NCBI GenBank assembly: GCA_964447895.1
Contig: CAYUUN010000003.1
Location: forward strand, 15,825 to 79,824
DNA from: an uncultured Bacteroides sp.
Lineage (GTDB): Bacteria > Bacteroidota > Bacteroidia > Bacteroidales > Muribaculaceae
Length of the DNA stretch: 64,000 bases
Direction: 5' to 3'
Made by a program: the position numbers and the translations under genes. Below the pieces are notes generated by a model. The model did not search any database and was not told where the DNA came from. It saw only the letters and a list, made by a program, of their open reading frames with translations. Positions 42,640-51,899 of this stretch are shown here, one piece after another (within the stretch, counting starts at the first letter, position 1; each line of letters opens with the position of its first letter).

Positions 42640-43749
42640 ATGGCTGACCAATCTTTACTTACCCGCCTGGACGGCATAGAAGCGCGCTTTGAAGAAGTGG
42701 GCACGCTCATAACCGATCCGGATGTTATCGCCGACATGAAGCGCTACGTGCGTCTCAACAAGGAATACAAGGAGCTGGAGCGCCTTACGGCCGCCACCCG
42801 GCGCTACCGGGCATTGCTCAATGATATATCCGACGGCCGCGAACTCCTTGAGAGCGAGAGCGATGCCGAATTGCGCCAGATGGCCAAGGAACAGATGGAA
42901 CAGGCCCAGCAGGCGTTGCCTGCCCTTGAAGAGGAAATCAAGCTGCTGCTGATTCCGGCCGACCCTGAGGACGGCAAAAACGCCATCCTTGAGATACGCG
43001 GAGGCACCGGCGGCGACGAAGCCGCTATTTTTGCCGGAGACCTGTGCAAGATGTACATCCGGTTCTGCGAGAGCCGCGGCTGGAATGTGGCCATCACGTC
43101 GGCCAGCGAAGGGGCGGCAGGCGGCTATAAGGAAGTGGTGCTCAGCGTCACGGGCGAAGGCGTCTATGGTGTGCTGAAATATGAAAGCGGCGTGCATCGC
43201 GTGCAACGCGTTCCTGCCACGGAGACACAGGGCCGCGTCCACACCTCGGCTGCCACCGTGGCCGTACTGCCTGAGGCCGAGCCTTTCGATGTGGAGATCA
43301 ACGAAGGAGAAATCAAGTGGGACACCTTCCGCTCGGGCGGTGCCGGTGGCCAGAACGTGAACAAGGTGGAATCGGGCGTGCGCCTGCGCTACATGTGGCG
43401 TAACCCCAATACGGGCGTGACCGAAGAAATCCTCATTGAGTGCACCGAGACCCGCGACCAGCCCAAGAACAAGGAGCGCGCACTGAGCCGCCTGCGCACA
43501 TTCATCTACGACAAGGAGCATCAGAAATACATCGACGATATAGCCTCGCGACGCAAGACCATGGTGAGCACCGGCGACCGCTCGGCCAAAATCCGCACCT
43601 ACAACTATCCCCAGGGACGCATCACCGACCACCGCATCAACTACACCATCTACAATCTCCAGGCTTTCATGAACGGCGAAATCCAGGATGTGATCGACCA
43701 TCTTATCATCGCCGAGAATGCCGAGAAACTCAAGGAATCCGAACTGTAG
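42640..43749 (+). CDS. prfA: Peptide chain release factor 1
   Basis: PAT tripeptide (VPATETQGR), GGQ motif (SGGAGGQNVNKVES). No in-frame stop or frameshift site. Start at ATG 42640. Confidence 0.95.
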   Translation: MADQSLLTRLDGIEARFEEVGTLITDPDVIADMKRYVRLNKEYKELERLTAATRRYRALLNDISDGRELLESESDAELRQMAKEQMEQAQQALPALEEEIKLLLIPADPEDGKNAILEIRGGTGGDEAAIFAGDLCKMYIRFCESRGWNVAITSASEGAAGGYKEVVLSVTGEGVYGVLKYESGVHRVQRVPATETQGRVHTSAATVAVLPEAEPFDVEINEGEIKWDTFRSGGAGGQNVNKVESGVRLRYMWRNPNTGVTEEILIECTETRDQPKNKERALSRLRTFIYDKEHQKYIDDIASRRKTMVSTGDRSAKIRTYNYPQGRITDHRINYTIYNLQAFMNGEIQDVIDHLIIAENAEKLKESEL

Positions 43750-43826
43750 CACCAGCGAGACTGCAGCGAGACATCCCTGAAGAAATAAATATTGCAAAAA
43801 TGGGCGCGATTATGGAATTTTTTCGC

Positions 43827-43834
43827 TAATTTTG
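43827..43834 (+). promoter_or_regulatory. -7 promoter box for pgk
   Basis: TAATTTTG, 45 nt upstream of ATG 43880. Confidence 0.5.
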
Positions 43835-43879
43835 CATCACGAACATATAGAAAATTAAAACTCTTAACAACATACCGTT

Positions 43880-45127
43880 ATGACAATCGACAACTACAAC
43901 TTCGCCGGTAAAAAGGCAATCGTGCGCGTTGACTTCAACGTGCCTCTGGACGAAAACGGCCACATCACGGACGACACCCGCATCCGCGGTGCCCTCCCCA
44001 CCCTGAAGAAAATTCTGGCCGATGGCGGCAGCCTCATCCTCATGTCGCACATGGGCAAGCCCAAAGGCAAGGTGAACCCCAAATTCTCCCTGGCACAGAT
44101 CAAGGACGACGTGGCCAAGGCCCTGGGCACCGACGTTAAGTTTGCTCCCGATTGCGCCAACGCCGACGAAGCAGCCGCCAACCTCAAGCCCGGCGAAGTG
44201 CTTCTGCTCGAAAACCTGCGCTTCTACCCCGAAGAGGAAGGCAAGCCCGTGGGCATCGACAAGGAAGATCCTGCCTACGACGCTGCCAAGAAGGAGATGA
44301 AGGAGCGTCAGAAGGCATTTGCCAAGAAGCTCGCTTCGTATGCCGATGTGTATGTGAACGATGCCTTCGGTACCGCCCACCGCAAGCACGCATCTACCGC
44401 TGTGGTTGCCGACAGCTTCGACGCCGACAACAAGATGCTGGGCTATCTCATGGAGAAGGAAGTGAAGGCTGTGGACAACATCCTGAGCGACATCAAGCGT
44501 CCCTTCACCGCCATCATGGGCGGCTCGAAGGTGTCGACCAAGATCGGTATCATCGAAAACCTCATGGACAAGGTTGACAACCTGATTCTCTGCGGCGGCA
44601 TGACCTACACCTTCGCCAAAGCCATGGGCGGCAAGATCGGCCAGTCGCTGTGCGAGGATGACAAGCTGGACCTCGCTCTCGACATCATGAAGCAGGCTAA
44701 GGAAAAGGGCGTGAACCTGGTGCTGGGCGTTGACTGCATCGCTGCCGACGCTTTCAGCAACGACGCCAACACCCAGGTGTGCAACGTGATGGACATTCCC
44801 GACGGCTGGGAAGGCGTGGACGCCGGTCCTGAGACCCGCAAGATTTTCGCCGATGCCATACGCGGCGCCAAGACCATCCTGTGGAACGGTCCTGCAGGCG
44901 TGTTTGAATTTGACAACTTCGCAGCCGGCAGCCGCGCTATCGCCGAGGCTATCGTTGAGGCTACCGACAACGGCGCATTCTCGCTCGTTGGCGGAGGCGA
45001 CTCCGTTGCCTGCGTGAACAAGTTCGGTCTGGCCGACTCCGTGAGCTACGTGAGCACCGGCGGCGGCGCGCTCCTCGAAGCTATCGAGGGCAAGGTGCTC
45101 CCCGGCATCGCTGCCATCAAGGGCTAA
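43880..45127 (+). CDS. pgk: Phosphoglycerate kinase
   Basis: Canonical PGK sequence ([24 protein letters not shown]). Confidence 0.97.
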   Translation: MTIDNYNFAGKKAIVRVDFNVPLDENGHITDDTRIRGALPTLKKILADGGSLILMSHMGKPKGKVNPKFSLAQIKDDVAKALGTDVKFAPDCANADEAAANLKPGEVLLLENLRFYPEEEGKPVGIDKEDPAYDAAKKEMKERQKAFAKKLASYADVYVNDAFGTAHRKHASTAVVADSFDADNKMLGYLMEKEVKAVDNILSDIKRPFTAIMGGSKVSTKIGIIENLMDKVDNLILCGGMTYTFAKAMGGKIGQSLCEDDKLDLALDIMKQAKEKGVNLVLGVDCIAADAFSNDANTQVCNVMDIPDGWEGVDAGPETRKIFADAIRGAKTILWNGPAGVFEFDNFAAGSRAIAEAIVEATDNGAFSLVGGGDSVACVNKFGLADSVSYVSTGGGALLEAIEGKVLPGIAAIKG

Positions 45128-45151
45128 TCGCATAAAGCAACCCACACACAT

Positions 45152-45192
45152 TGCGGGCGTCGTTCTTATTTGAACGTACGCCCGCATTTTTT
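45152..45192 (+). terminator. Intrinsic terminator after pgk
   Basis: 9-bp stem TGCGGGCGT / ACGCCCGCA followed by T6. Confidence 0.75.
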
Positions 45193-45226
45193 GCCTCAGT
45201 TCAAAAGTTTATAAGCGGATTTTTAC

Positions 45227-45234
45227 TAACTTTG
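45227..45234 (+). promoter_or_regulatory. -7 promoter box for speA-truA
   Basis: TAACTTTG, 32 nt upstream of ATG 45267. Confidence 0.5.
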
Positions 45235-45266
45235 CGTACAGTAATAAACCATAACCACACCGCAGA

Positions 45267-47165
45267 ATGAGAAAATGGCGCATTGAAGACAGCTCGGAAC
45301 TGTACAACATCGAGGGCTGGGGCCGCAACTATTTTTCTATCAACGACAAAGGACATGTCACCGTGACTCCCCGCGAGGGATGCTCCACCGTCGATATCAA
45401 GGAGATACTCGACGAGTTGCAGGTGCGCGACATCTCCTGCCCCGTGCTTCTGCGCTTTCCCGACATTCTCGACAACCGCATCGAGAAAATAAGCAATTGC
45501 TTCAAGCAGGCTGCCAACACCTACGACTACAAGGCCAACAATTATATGATTTACCCCATAAAGGTGAATCAGATGCGCCCCGTGGTGGAAGAAATCGTAA
45601 CCTACGGCAAGAAGTTCAACATCGGTCTGGAAGCCGGCTCCAAGCCGGAGCTGCACGCGGTGCTGGCGACAAACATTGCCGACAACGCCCTGGTGATATG
45701 CAACGGCTACAAGGACGAAAGCTACGTGGAGCTGGCGCTCTTGGCCCAGAAAATGGGCCGCCGCATATATCTTGTGGTGGAGAAACTTAACGAACTGCGC
45801 CTCATTGCCGATGTGGCCAAGCGCCTGAAGGTGAAGCCCAATGTGGGCATCAGAATCAAGCTGTCCAGCTCGGGCTCAGGAAAATGGGAGGAGAGCGGCG
45901 GCGACTCGTCGAAATTCGGTCTGAACAGCTCGGAGCTGCTCGAAGCCATCGACTACATGCAGAAACGCGAGATGACCGACTGCCTGAAACTCATTCATTT
46001 CCACATCGGTAGCCAGATAACTAAAATACGGCGCATCAAGAATGCCCTGCGCGAGGCCATGCAGTTCTACGTGCAGCTGTCGCGCCTCGGTTTCGACATT
46101 GATTTCGTGGACATAGGCGGCGGACTGGGTGTGGACTACGACGGCACGCGCAGCTCGGCCAGCGAGAGCTCCATGAACTACTCTATCCAGGAGTATGCCA
46201 ACGATGCAATTTCGGCTCTCGTCGATGCATGCACCAAGAACGGCCTCAAGCAACCGAACATCATCACCGAGAGCGGCCGCTCGCTCACGGCCCATCATTC
46301 GGTGCTGATTTTCGAGGTGCTCGAGACCACACAGCTCCCGCTGTGGAAAGACAATGAGGAACTCGCCCCGGACTCCCACGAGCTGGCCCGCGAGCTGTTC
46401 GACATATGGGACCGTCTGGACCAGCCCCGAATGCTCGAAAGCTGGCACGACGCCCTGCAGATAAGGGAAGAGGCGCTGGACCTCTTCAACCTGGGACTGC
46501 TCGACCTGCGCACGCGCGCTCAGATAGAGAAACTCTTCTGGAGCATAGCGCGGGAAGTTGGAGAGCTGGCCGGAGGCATGAAGCACGCGCCGGAGGAGCT
46601 GCGCAAGATTTCGCGCCTGCTGCCGGACAAGTATTTCTGCAACTTCTCGCTATTCCAGTCTCTGCCCGACTCCTGGGCCATCGACCAGATATTCCCAATT
46701 ATTCCCATCACCCGGCTCGACGAGAAACCCACGCGCACCTGCACGATTCAGGACATCACCTGCGACAGCGATGGCAAGATTGCCCATTTCATATCGCCGC
46801 AAGGCCTGCAGCCTGCGCTTCCCGTTCATACGGTAAAACCCGGCGAACCGTATTATATAGGTGTTTTCCTTGTGGGCGCCTATCAGGAGATTCTCGGCGA
46901 CATGCACAATCTCTTCGGCGACACCAATGTGGTGCACGTGAATGTGTACAAAGACCGCTATGAAATCGACCAGATGATCGACGGTGAGACCGTGGCCGAC
47001 GTGCTCGACTATGTTCAGTTCTCGCCCAAAAAGCTCGTGCGCAACGTCGAGACCTGGGTTACAGCCTCGATGAAAGCCGGCAGTATCACGCCGGAAGAAG
47101 GTCGCGACTTCGTGAGCACCTATCGCGCAGGACTTTACGGCTACACATATCTGGAGAAAGACTGA
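45267..47165 (+). CDS. speA: Biosynthetic arginine decarboxylase
   Basis: 632 aa. MRKWRIEDSSELYNIEGWG start, YPIKVNQ (PLP lysine) and a C-terminal region typical of SpeA. Confidence 0.95.
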   Translation: MRKWRIEDSSELYNIEGWGRNYFSINDKGHVTVTPREGCSTVDIKEILDELQVRDISCPVLLRFPDILDNRIEKISNCFKQAANTYDYKANNYMIYPIKVNQMRPVVEEIVTYGKKFNIGLEAGSKPELHAVLATNIADNALVICNGYKDESYVELALLAQKMGRRIYLVVEKLNELRLIADVAKRLKVKPNVGIRIKLSSSGSGKWEESGGDSSKFGLNSSELLEAIDYMQKREMTDCLKLIHFHIGSQITKIRRIKNALREAMQFYVQLSRLGFDIDFVDIGGGLGVDYDGTRSSASESSMNYSIQEYANDAISALVDACTKNGLKQPNIITESGRSLTAHHSVLIFEVLETTQLPLWKDNEELAPDSHELARELFDIWDRLDQPRMLESWHDALQIREEALDLFNLGLLDLRTRAQIEKLFWSIAREVGELAGGMKHAPEELRKISRLLPDKYFCNFSLFQSLPDSWAIDQIFPIIPITRLDEKPTRTCTIQDITCDSDGKIAHFISPQGLQPALPVHTVKPGEPYYIGVFLVGAYQEILGDMHNLFGDTNVVHVNVYKDRYEIDQMIDGETVADVLDYVQFSPKKLVRNVETWVTASMKAGSITPEEGRDFVSTYRAGLYGYTYLEKD

Positions 47166-47935
47166 TGCGCTGTTTCCTCGACATCGCCTTCAGGGGTGCA
47201 TCCTTCCATGGCTGGCAGCGACAGCCGGGCGACATGTCGGTGCAGGAGTGTCTTGAGACTGCTTTTTCTAAGGCTCTGAGAATTGAAACGGCGGTGACCG
47301 GCGCGGGTCGCACGGACGCCGGCGTGAATGCCAGGCGCATGGTGGCGCATGTCGACGTGCCCGACGGCACTGACCTGAAGGCGCTCCTCCGGGCGGTGAA
47401 TGCTATGGCCGGTCCCGACGTGGCCGTGCGTAGTGCCGTGCCTGTACACAAGGATGCACACGCGCGCTTCGATGCCACCTCGCGCACCTATCGCTATTTC
47501 GCCCACACGTCGAAGAATCCTTTCGTACGTGAACTCTCGTGGCAGACTTCGCCGGCTATCGATTTCGACGCCATGAATGAAGCGGCATCACTGCTTCTGG
47601 GCAGGCGCGACTTCACATCGTTCGCTAAACTTCACAGCGATGCACGCACGAATATCTGCGACTTGCGGGTGGCCCGGTGGATTAAGGCCGACCACGACAG
47701 ATGGTATTTCGAGATTTGCGCCGATAGATTCCTGCGCAATATGGTGCGTGCTGTGGTGGGAACGCTGGTGGAAGTGGGGCGCGGAAAAATCAGGCCGGGA
47801 CAGATTCTCGACATTCTCGCGGCTTCGGACCGCTGCGCGGCCGGTACCTCGATGCCCGCCCACGCGCTGTTCCTATGGGACGTCACATACGACTACTGGC
47901 ACGCTCCCGAAGCCGTCGGTGAAGCATGGCCGTGA
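47165..47935 (+). CDS. truA: tRNA pseudouridine(38-40) synthase
   Basis: YDGASFHGWQRQ-like FRGASFHGWQRQ, catalytic Asp in GAGRTDAGV, and FLRNMVR. TGATG overlap with speA. Confidence 0.9.
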   Translation: MRCFLDIAFRGASFHGWQRQPGDMSVQECLETAFSKALRIETAVTGAGRTDAGVNARRMVAHVDVPDGTDLKALLRAVNAMAGPDVAVRSAVPVHKDAHARFDATSRTYRYFAHTSKNPFVRELSWQTSPAIDFDAMNEAASLLLGRRDFTSFAKLHSDARTNICDLRVARWIKADHDRWYFEICADRFLRNMVRAVVGTLVEVGRGKIRPGQILDILAASDRCAAGTSMPAHALFLWDVTYDYWHAPEAVGEAWP

Positions 47936-48788
47936 ACTCGTGATTCTTGATGCCCCAGCGGGGCGCGAGCAGCATGCTTGCCGGACACTGGGCCGTGAAG
48001 CGGACAATGGCTATATCGCGGCGCAAGCGGTCCACCACATCGCAGCAGAAATCGAGATAATCGTCGAGCTCAAAGATGGTTACATCCTCCCTACCCTCCG
48101 CCACATCGCGTGCCAGACGGGTGCCTTTGACAATTTGCAGCTGATGGAATTTCACGAAAGATACGGGCAAGTCGTTGACAGCGGCCACGCTCGTCATCAT
48201 CTTGCTCTTGTCTTCTCCGGGCAATCCGAAAATCAGGTGCACGCCGCAATCAATCCCCGCCGCTGCCGTGCGGCGCACCGCATCATCCGTGGCTTCATGG
48301 CCGTGACAGCGGTTTATGCGCGCGAGGGTGTCGTTGTGGGAAGTCTCCATGCCGTATTCAATCATCACCGGCAATGCTGTGCGGTTGAGTTCCGCAAGCC
48401 ATTCCAGTAGAGACTGCGGCATGCAATCGGGGCGTGTTCCCACTATAATGCCTGCTACACCTTCCACTGCGGCCGCCTCGAGCACCTGTCGACGAAATTG
48501 CGCGGCCGATGTATGGGTCGCCGTATGGCTCTGGAAATATGCGAGATAGCGCATTGCAGGATATTTGTGCGCGAAAAACAGCTTGCCCTGCTCGAGCTGG
48601 TCGCCCACGCTGCTGCATCGCGCAGTGCCGGGAGAGAATGCATCGTTGCTGCAATACACACAACCGCCCCTGCCGAGAGTGCCGTCTCGATTGGGACACA
48701 GTGCGCCGGTATCGATAGTGATCTTCTGCACTTTGCCCTCGAAGCGCTCGGCGAGATAGTCGGAGTATTCTTTGTAGAACGGATTCAT
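47883..48788 (-). CDS. TIGR01212-family radical SAM protein
   Basis: GALCPNRDGTLGRGGCVYCS cluster motif and the overall sequence are typical of TIGR01212. 301 aa. Its 3' end overlaps the truA 3' end by 53 nt (convergent). Confidence 0.8.
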   Translation of the reverse strand: MNPFYKEYSDYLAERFEGKVQKITIDTGALCPNRDGTLGRGGCVYCSNDAFSPGTARCSSVGDQLEQGKLFFAHKYPAMRYLAYFQSHTATHTSAAQFRRQVLEAAAVEGVAGIIVGTRPDCMPQSLLEWLAELNRTALPVMIEYGMETSHNDTLARINRCHGHEATDDAVRRTAAAGIDCGVHLIFGLPGEDKSKMMTSVAAVNDLPVSFVKFHQLQIVKGTRLARDVAEGREDVTIFELDDYLDFCCDVVDRLRRDIAIVRFTAQCPASMLLAPRWGIKNHEFTAMLHRRLRERASSRM

Positions 48789-48791
48789 GGA

Positions 48792-48831
48792 GAATAAAAC
48801 ACCGCCACGTTGCTTGGGGCCGCGTGGCGGT
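48792..48831 (-). terminator. Intrinsic terminator after the RNase E/G gene
   Basis: 10-bp perfect stem (48799-48808 / 48822-48831), followed on the minus strand by TTTTATT. Confidence 0.65.
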
Positions 48832-48856
48832 GATTAAAATGTCATGGAGTTAAGGA

Positions 48857-51085
48857 TTATTCTTCACTTGAGGGGGGAGGCAAGAGTGCAACAGGTTCGC
48901 TCTGAGCCACGGGAGCTTCAGCCGTCTCAGTGCCCTCTGCCGTGCCTTCGGCCGGTTTCTTGCGGCGACGACGCTTTTTGACGGGAGCCGCCTCCTCGGC
49001 CGGTGCAGCCTCCGGGACTTCTGCCGGCGCAGGGCTCTCAGCCTCGCCCGCTTCTTCGCGCGCGAGAATCTCGGATGCCTCATCGTAGGCCTCGCGGGCT
49101 ACAGCAGCTTTCTTGCGCGGGCGGCGCTTTTTCTTGGGTGCCTCCGGCTCCGTGTGGGTTTCTTCCGTAACGGGCGCTTCCGGTGCGGCTAATTCGACAG
49201 CATCCGTTGCCACAAAAGCAAGACCGGAGTCGGCCGTGTCACGAGCGCTCGACGCACTGGCAGGAGTCTCGGCAGCGGCAGCCGCAGCTGCAGCTGCGTT
49301 TTCAGCGGCCTTCTTGCGACGGGCACGCCGTTTCTTGCTCTTCGACATGGCTGCCGGCGTGTTATCATCGGCTGCCTGTTCCTCGGCGGGTTCCGTAGTT
49401 ACCTGTTTGGGCTCTCGCTTTGCGGCTTGGAGCGCCTTACCGCGAGCAGGAGTGTCCTCGGCGTTGGAACCGCGTTTCTCAGCTTTCCGCTCTCGCTTCT
49501 CGGCAGTGGCCGCGTTCATGTCCTTGGCCTCCTTGAGGTCGAGCTCCACGCCTTCGCTGTTCACGACGCGATACTGCAGGTAGGCCAGCGATTCATCGGC
49601 GATAATCTTGAATTTACCTCCGAGAGAACGGCGCCACTTGGCATAGATGCTCATGAGCCAGCCACGCTTGAGATAGCCCTCCACATAGGGATGAACATAC
49701 ATGATGAAGTTGCTGAGTCCCATGTGATTGATAAGGGTGTCGAGCTTCTCGTAAAGTGTGTCGGTGAAGAGCAGCGAGGGCTGAATCTCGCCCTTGCCGT
49801 AGCACGACGGGCAGGTTTCCTCCGTGTGGATGTCAAGAACCGGACGCACACGCTGGCGCGTTATCTGCATCAAGCCGAATTTACTGAGAGGCAGGATGTT
49901 GTGGCGGGCGCGGTCGTTTGTCATGATTTCCCGCATGTGGTCGTAGAGCTGCTGTCGGTGCTCCGACTTGGCCATGTCGATGAAGTCGACAACGATGATA
50001 CCGCCCATGTCGCGCAGGCGAAGCTGGCGTGCGATCTCATCGGCGGCTCGCAGGTTCACCTCCAGGGCATTGCTTTCCTGGTCGGCTGCGGCGCGGCTGC
50101 GGTTGCCGGAATTCACGTCTATTACATGCAGGGCCTCCGTGTGCTCGATAATAATGTACGCACCCGAACGGAACGACACAGTCTTGCCGAACGAAGATTT
50201 GATCTGCCGCGTGATGCCGTAGTGGTCGAACAGCGGTATTTCCTTTTCGTAGAGCTTGACTATATCTGCCCTGTCGGGGGCGATGAGCTGCACGTACTTG
50301 AGAATCTGACGGTAGACCTCGGCGTCGTTGACGATGATGCTCTCAAACGACGGACTGAACACATCGCGGAGCATGCCCACGATGCGGCTTTCCTCTTCAA
50401 ACACAAGGGCCGGAGCCTCGGCACGACGTGTCTTGTCGAGCATGTCGTTCCAGCACTGCACGAGGGTGTTGAGCTCGTGGTTGAGCTCGGCCACACGCTT
50501 GCCTTCGGCAGAGGTGCGTACGATCACCCCGAAATTCTTGGGCTTGATGCTTGCCACAAGCTGGCGCAGACGCACCTTTTCCTCGGTGCTTGTGATTTTC
50601 TGAGAAATCGAAATCTTGTCGCTGAACGGAATCAGCACCATGTAGCGTCCGGTAAAGGACAGCTCGGTGGTGAGTCGCGGGCCCTTCGACGAGATGGGCT
50701 CTTTTACAATCTGCACAAGGAGCTGGCGACCGGGTTCGAGCACATCCGTTATGGAGCCGTGTTTGTTGATGTCGGGCTTGAGCTTGATTTTGCTCAGGAC
50801 GGGCGGGTTCTTGGGATTGTCGAGGGTCTGCTGCACGAAGTCGGCATAGGTCGAAAAATGCGATCCCAAATCGAGATAGTGAAGAAAAGCATCCTTTTCA
50901 TACCCCACGTTCACGAAAGCGGCGTTCAGTCCCGGCATCAGTTTCTTCACTTTGGCCAGGTAGATGTCGCCGACGGCATAGGCAATGTTTCGCGCCTCCT
51001 TCTGCAGGGACACGAGTCTTGAATCCTCGAGCAATGCAATCTGCACCTCCGAGGCTTTGACGTCAACGATTAATTCACTTTTCAT
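48857..51085 (-). CDS. rng: Rne/Rng family ribonuclease (RNase G/E) with a long disordered C-terminal tail
   Basis: N-terminal S1 domain plus catalytic core (MKSELIVDV..., DFIDM, CPSCYGKG zinc-link). About 220 aa of A/E/P/K-rich tail follow, with three Arg/Lys clusters. Confidence 0.9.
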   Translation of the reverse strand: MKSELIVDVKASEVQIALLEDSRLVSLQKEARNIAYAVGDIYLAKVKKLMPGLNAAFVNVGYEKDAFLHYLDLGSHFSTYADFVQQTLDNPKNPPVLSKIKLKPDINKHGSITDVLEPGRQLLVQIVKEPISSKGPRLTTELSFTGRYMVLIPFSDKISISQKITSTEEKVRLRQLVASIKPKNFGVIVRTSAEGKRVAELNHELNTLVQCWNDMLDKTRRAEAPALVFEEESRIVGMLRDVFSPSFESIIVNDAEVYRQILKYVQLIAPDRADIVKLYEKEIPLFDHYGITRQIKSSFGKTVSFRSGAYIIIEHTEALHVIDVNSGNRSRAAADQESNALEVNLRAADEIARQLRLRDMGGIIVVDFIDMAKSEHRQQLYDHMREIMTNDRARHNILPLSKFGLMQITRQRVRPVLDIHTEETCPSCYGKGEIQPSLLFTDTLYEKLDTLINHMGLSNFIMYVHPYVEGYLKRGWLMSIYAKWRRSLGGKFKIIADESLAYLQYRVVNSEGVELDLKEAKDMNAATAEKRERKAEKRGSNAEDTPARGKALQAAKREPKQVTTEPAEEQAADDNTPAAMSKSKKRRARRKKAAENAAAAAAAAAETPASASSARDTADSGLAFVATDAVELAAPEAPVTEETHTEPEAPKKKRRPRKKAAVAREAYDEASEILAREEAGEAESPAPAEVPEAAPAEEAAPVKKRRRRKKPAEGTAEGTETAEAPVAQSEPVALLPPPSSEE

Positions 51086-51120
51086 TTTGATATCGAGGGA
51101 TAATACAAGGGGGCTTTAAA

Positions 51121-51173
51121 GGAAAAAGCTCACAGACGCCATCGTGTCCTTCTCAGGCAACGGCGTCTGTGAG
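51121..51173 (-). terminator. Hairpin / candidate terminator between the bS22-like gene and the RNase gene
   Basis: 12-bp perfect stem CTCACAGACGCC (51129-51140) / GGCGTCTGTGAG (51162-51173) with a 21-nt loop. The minus strand continues CTTTTTCCTTT. It could alternatively be a leader structure for the RNase gene. Confidence 0.45.
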
Positions 51174-51225
51174 TTTTGTTCCTTTATGTCCGAACGGTGT
51201 CGGATTTAAGAACTGTCACGCCGAC

Positions 51226-51315
51226 TTACTTCTTCTTGTGACGGTTCTTTCTCAGGCGTTTTTTACGCTTGTGGGTGGCCATCTTGTGGCCTTTTCTTTT
51301 CTTTCCGCTGGGCAT
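51226..51315 (-). CDS. 29-aa highly basic micro-protein resembling ribosomal protein bS22 (AURKAIP1/COX24-like)
   Basis: Absent from the ORF track because it is under 60 aa. ATG 51315 to TAA 51226 encodes MPSGKKRKGHKMATHKRKKRLRKNRHKKK. It lies between HU and a hairpin. The pattern resembles mycobacterial bS22 (…[20 protein letters not shown]…). Confidence 0.6.
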   Translation of the reverse strand: MPSGKKRKGHKMATHKRKKRLRKNRHKKK

Positions 51316-51405
51316 AATGCTTACGCTTTATTGGTTAGTTATAATATTCAGTTTGCCACGCGGGCAATGAGTTCTGTCAGTTTCTTAGTGGGGCGCGAAA
51401 TACTA

Positions 51406-51678
51406 TTATTTCACTTCCTGCATGAACACCTTGGCGGGCTTGAAGGCCGGGATCTTGTGCTCGGGGATGACGATGGTGGTGTTCTGCGAGATATTGCGGG
51501 CGGTCTTGGCGCTGCGGGTCTTCACGATGAAGCTGCCGAAGCCGCGGAGGTAAACATTCTCACCATGTGCGAGGGAATCCTTAACGATTTCCATGAACTT
51601 TTCGATAGTCTCAAGCACAGCAGCCTTTTCTACGCCGGTGGTCTTGGAGATTTCGTTTACGAGATCTGCTTTTGTCAT
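51406..51678 (-). CDS. hup: HU family DNA-binding protein
   Basis: 90 aa. MTKADLVNEIS..., GFGSFIVKTRSAKTARN and PAFKPAK are canonical HU motifs. Confidence 0.95.
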   Translation of the reverse strand: MTKADLVNEISKTTGVEKAAVLETIEKFMEIVKDSLAHGENVYLRGFGSFIVKTRSAKTARNISQNTTIVIPEHKIPAFKPAKVFMQEVK

Positions 51679-51878
51679 TACAGTCCTTTTTTAAAGTATT
51701 TTGTTGAATAGCGTTGATTTTAAACAATTTACGAAACAGCTTGCGCGCTCCGCAATTTTGCAAGTGCAAATATCGTATTTTTTTTTGAATTGAAGGCTAT
51801 TTTGTTGTGTTTTTTTTCATTAAATGCCGAATATATTATTTTTTAGCCCTGAAATTTCGTTCACAACGAATTTATTCT

Positions 51879-51886
51879 TATATTTG
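51879..51886 (+). promoter_or_regulatory. -7 promoter box for the lplA-gcv-lpd operon
   Basis: TATATTTG, 13 nt upstream of ATG 51900. Confidence 0.5.
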
Positions 51887-51899
51887 GGCATCTGAAACC

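Noticed and set aside
42640-43749. Programmed +1 frameshift, as seen in release-factor genes.
   Set aside because: This is RF1 (PAT motif), not RF2. The frame is continuous with no internal stop.
42655-45187. 380-aa and 453-aa minus-strand ORFs opposite prfA and pgk.
   Set aside because: These are shadow ORFs of highly conserved genes in a GC3-rich genome, with no motifs.
49271-49298. A GCN-rich simple repeat (ggcagcggcagccgcagctgcagctgcg).
   Set aside because: It encodes the poly-Ala run inside the RNase tail. It is not a CRISPR or a non-coding tandem repeat.
51679-51899. A possible glycine riboswitch or a 23-codon uORF (51824-51895) upstream of the gcv operon. The imperfect inverted repeat gaaatttcgtt/aacgaattt also lies here.
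   Set aside because: I saw no glycine-riboswitch consensus (GGAGAG...CACCG...GGGGCAA type). The best -7 box lies inside the uORF and only 13 nt from the lplA ATG, leaving no room for an aptamer. The uORF is an AT-rich chance ORF.
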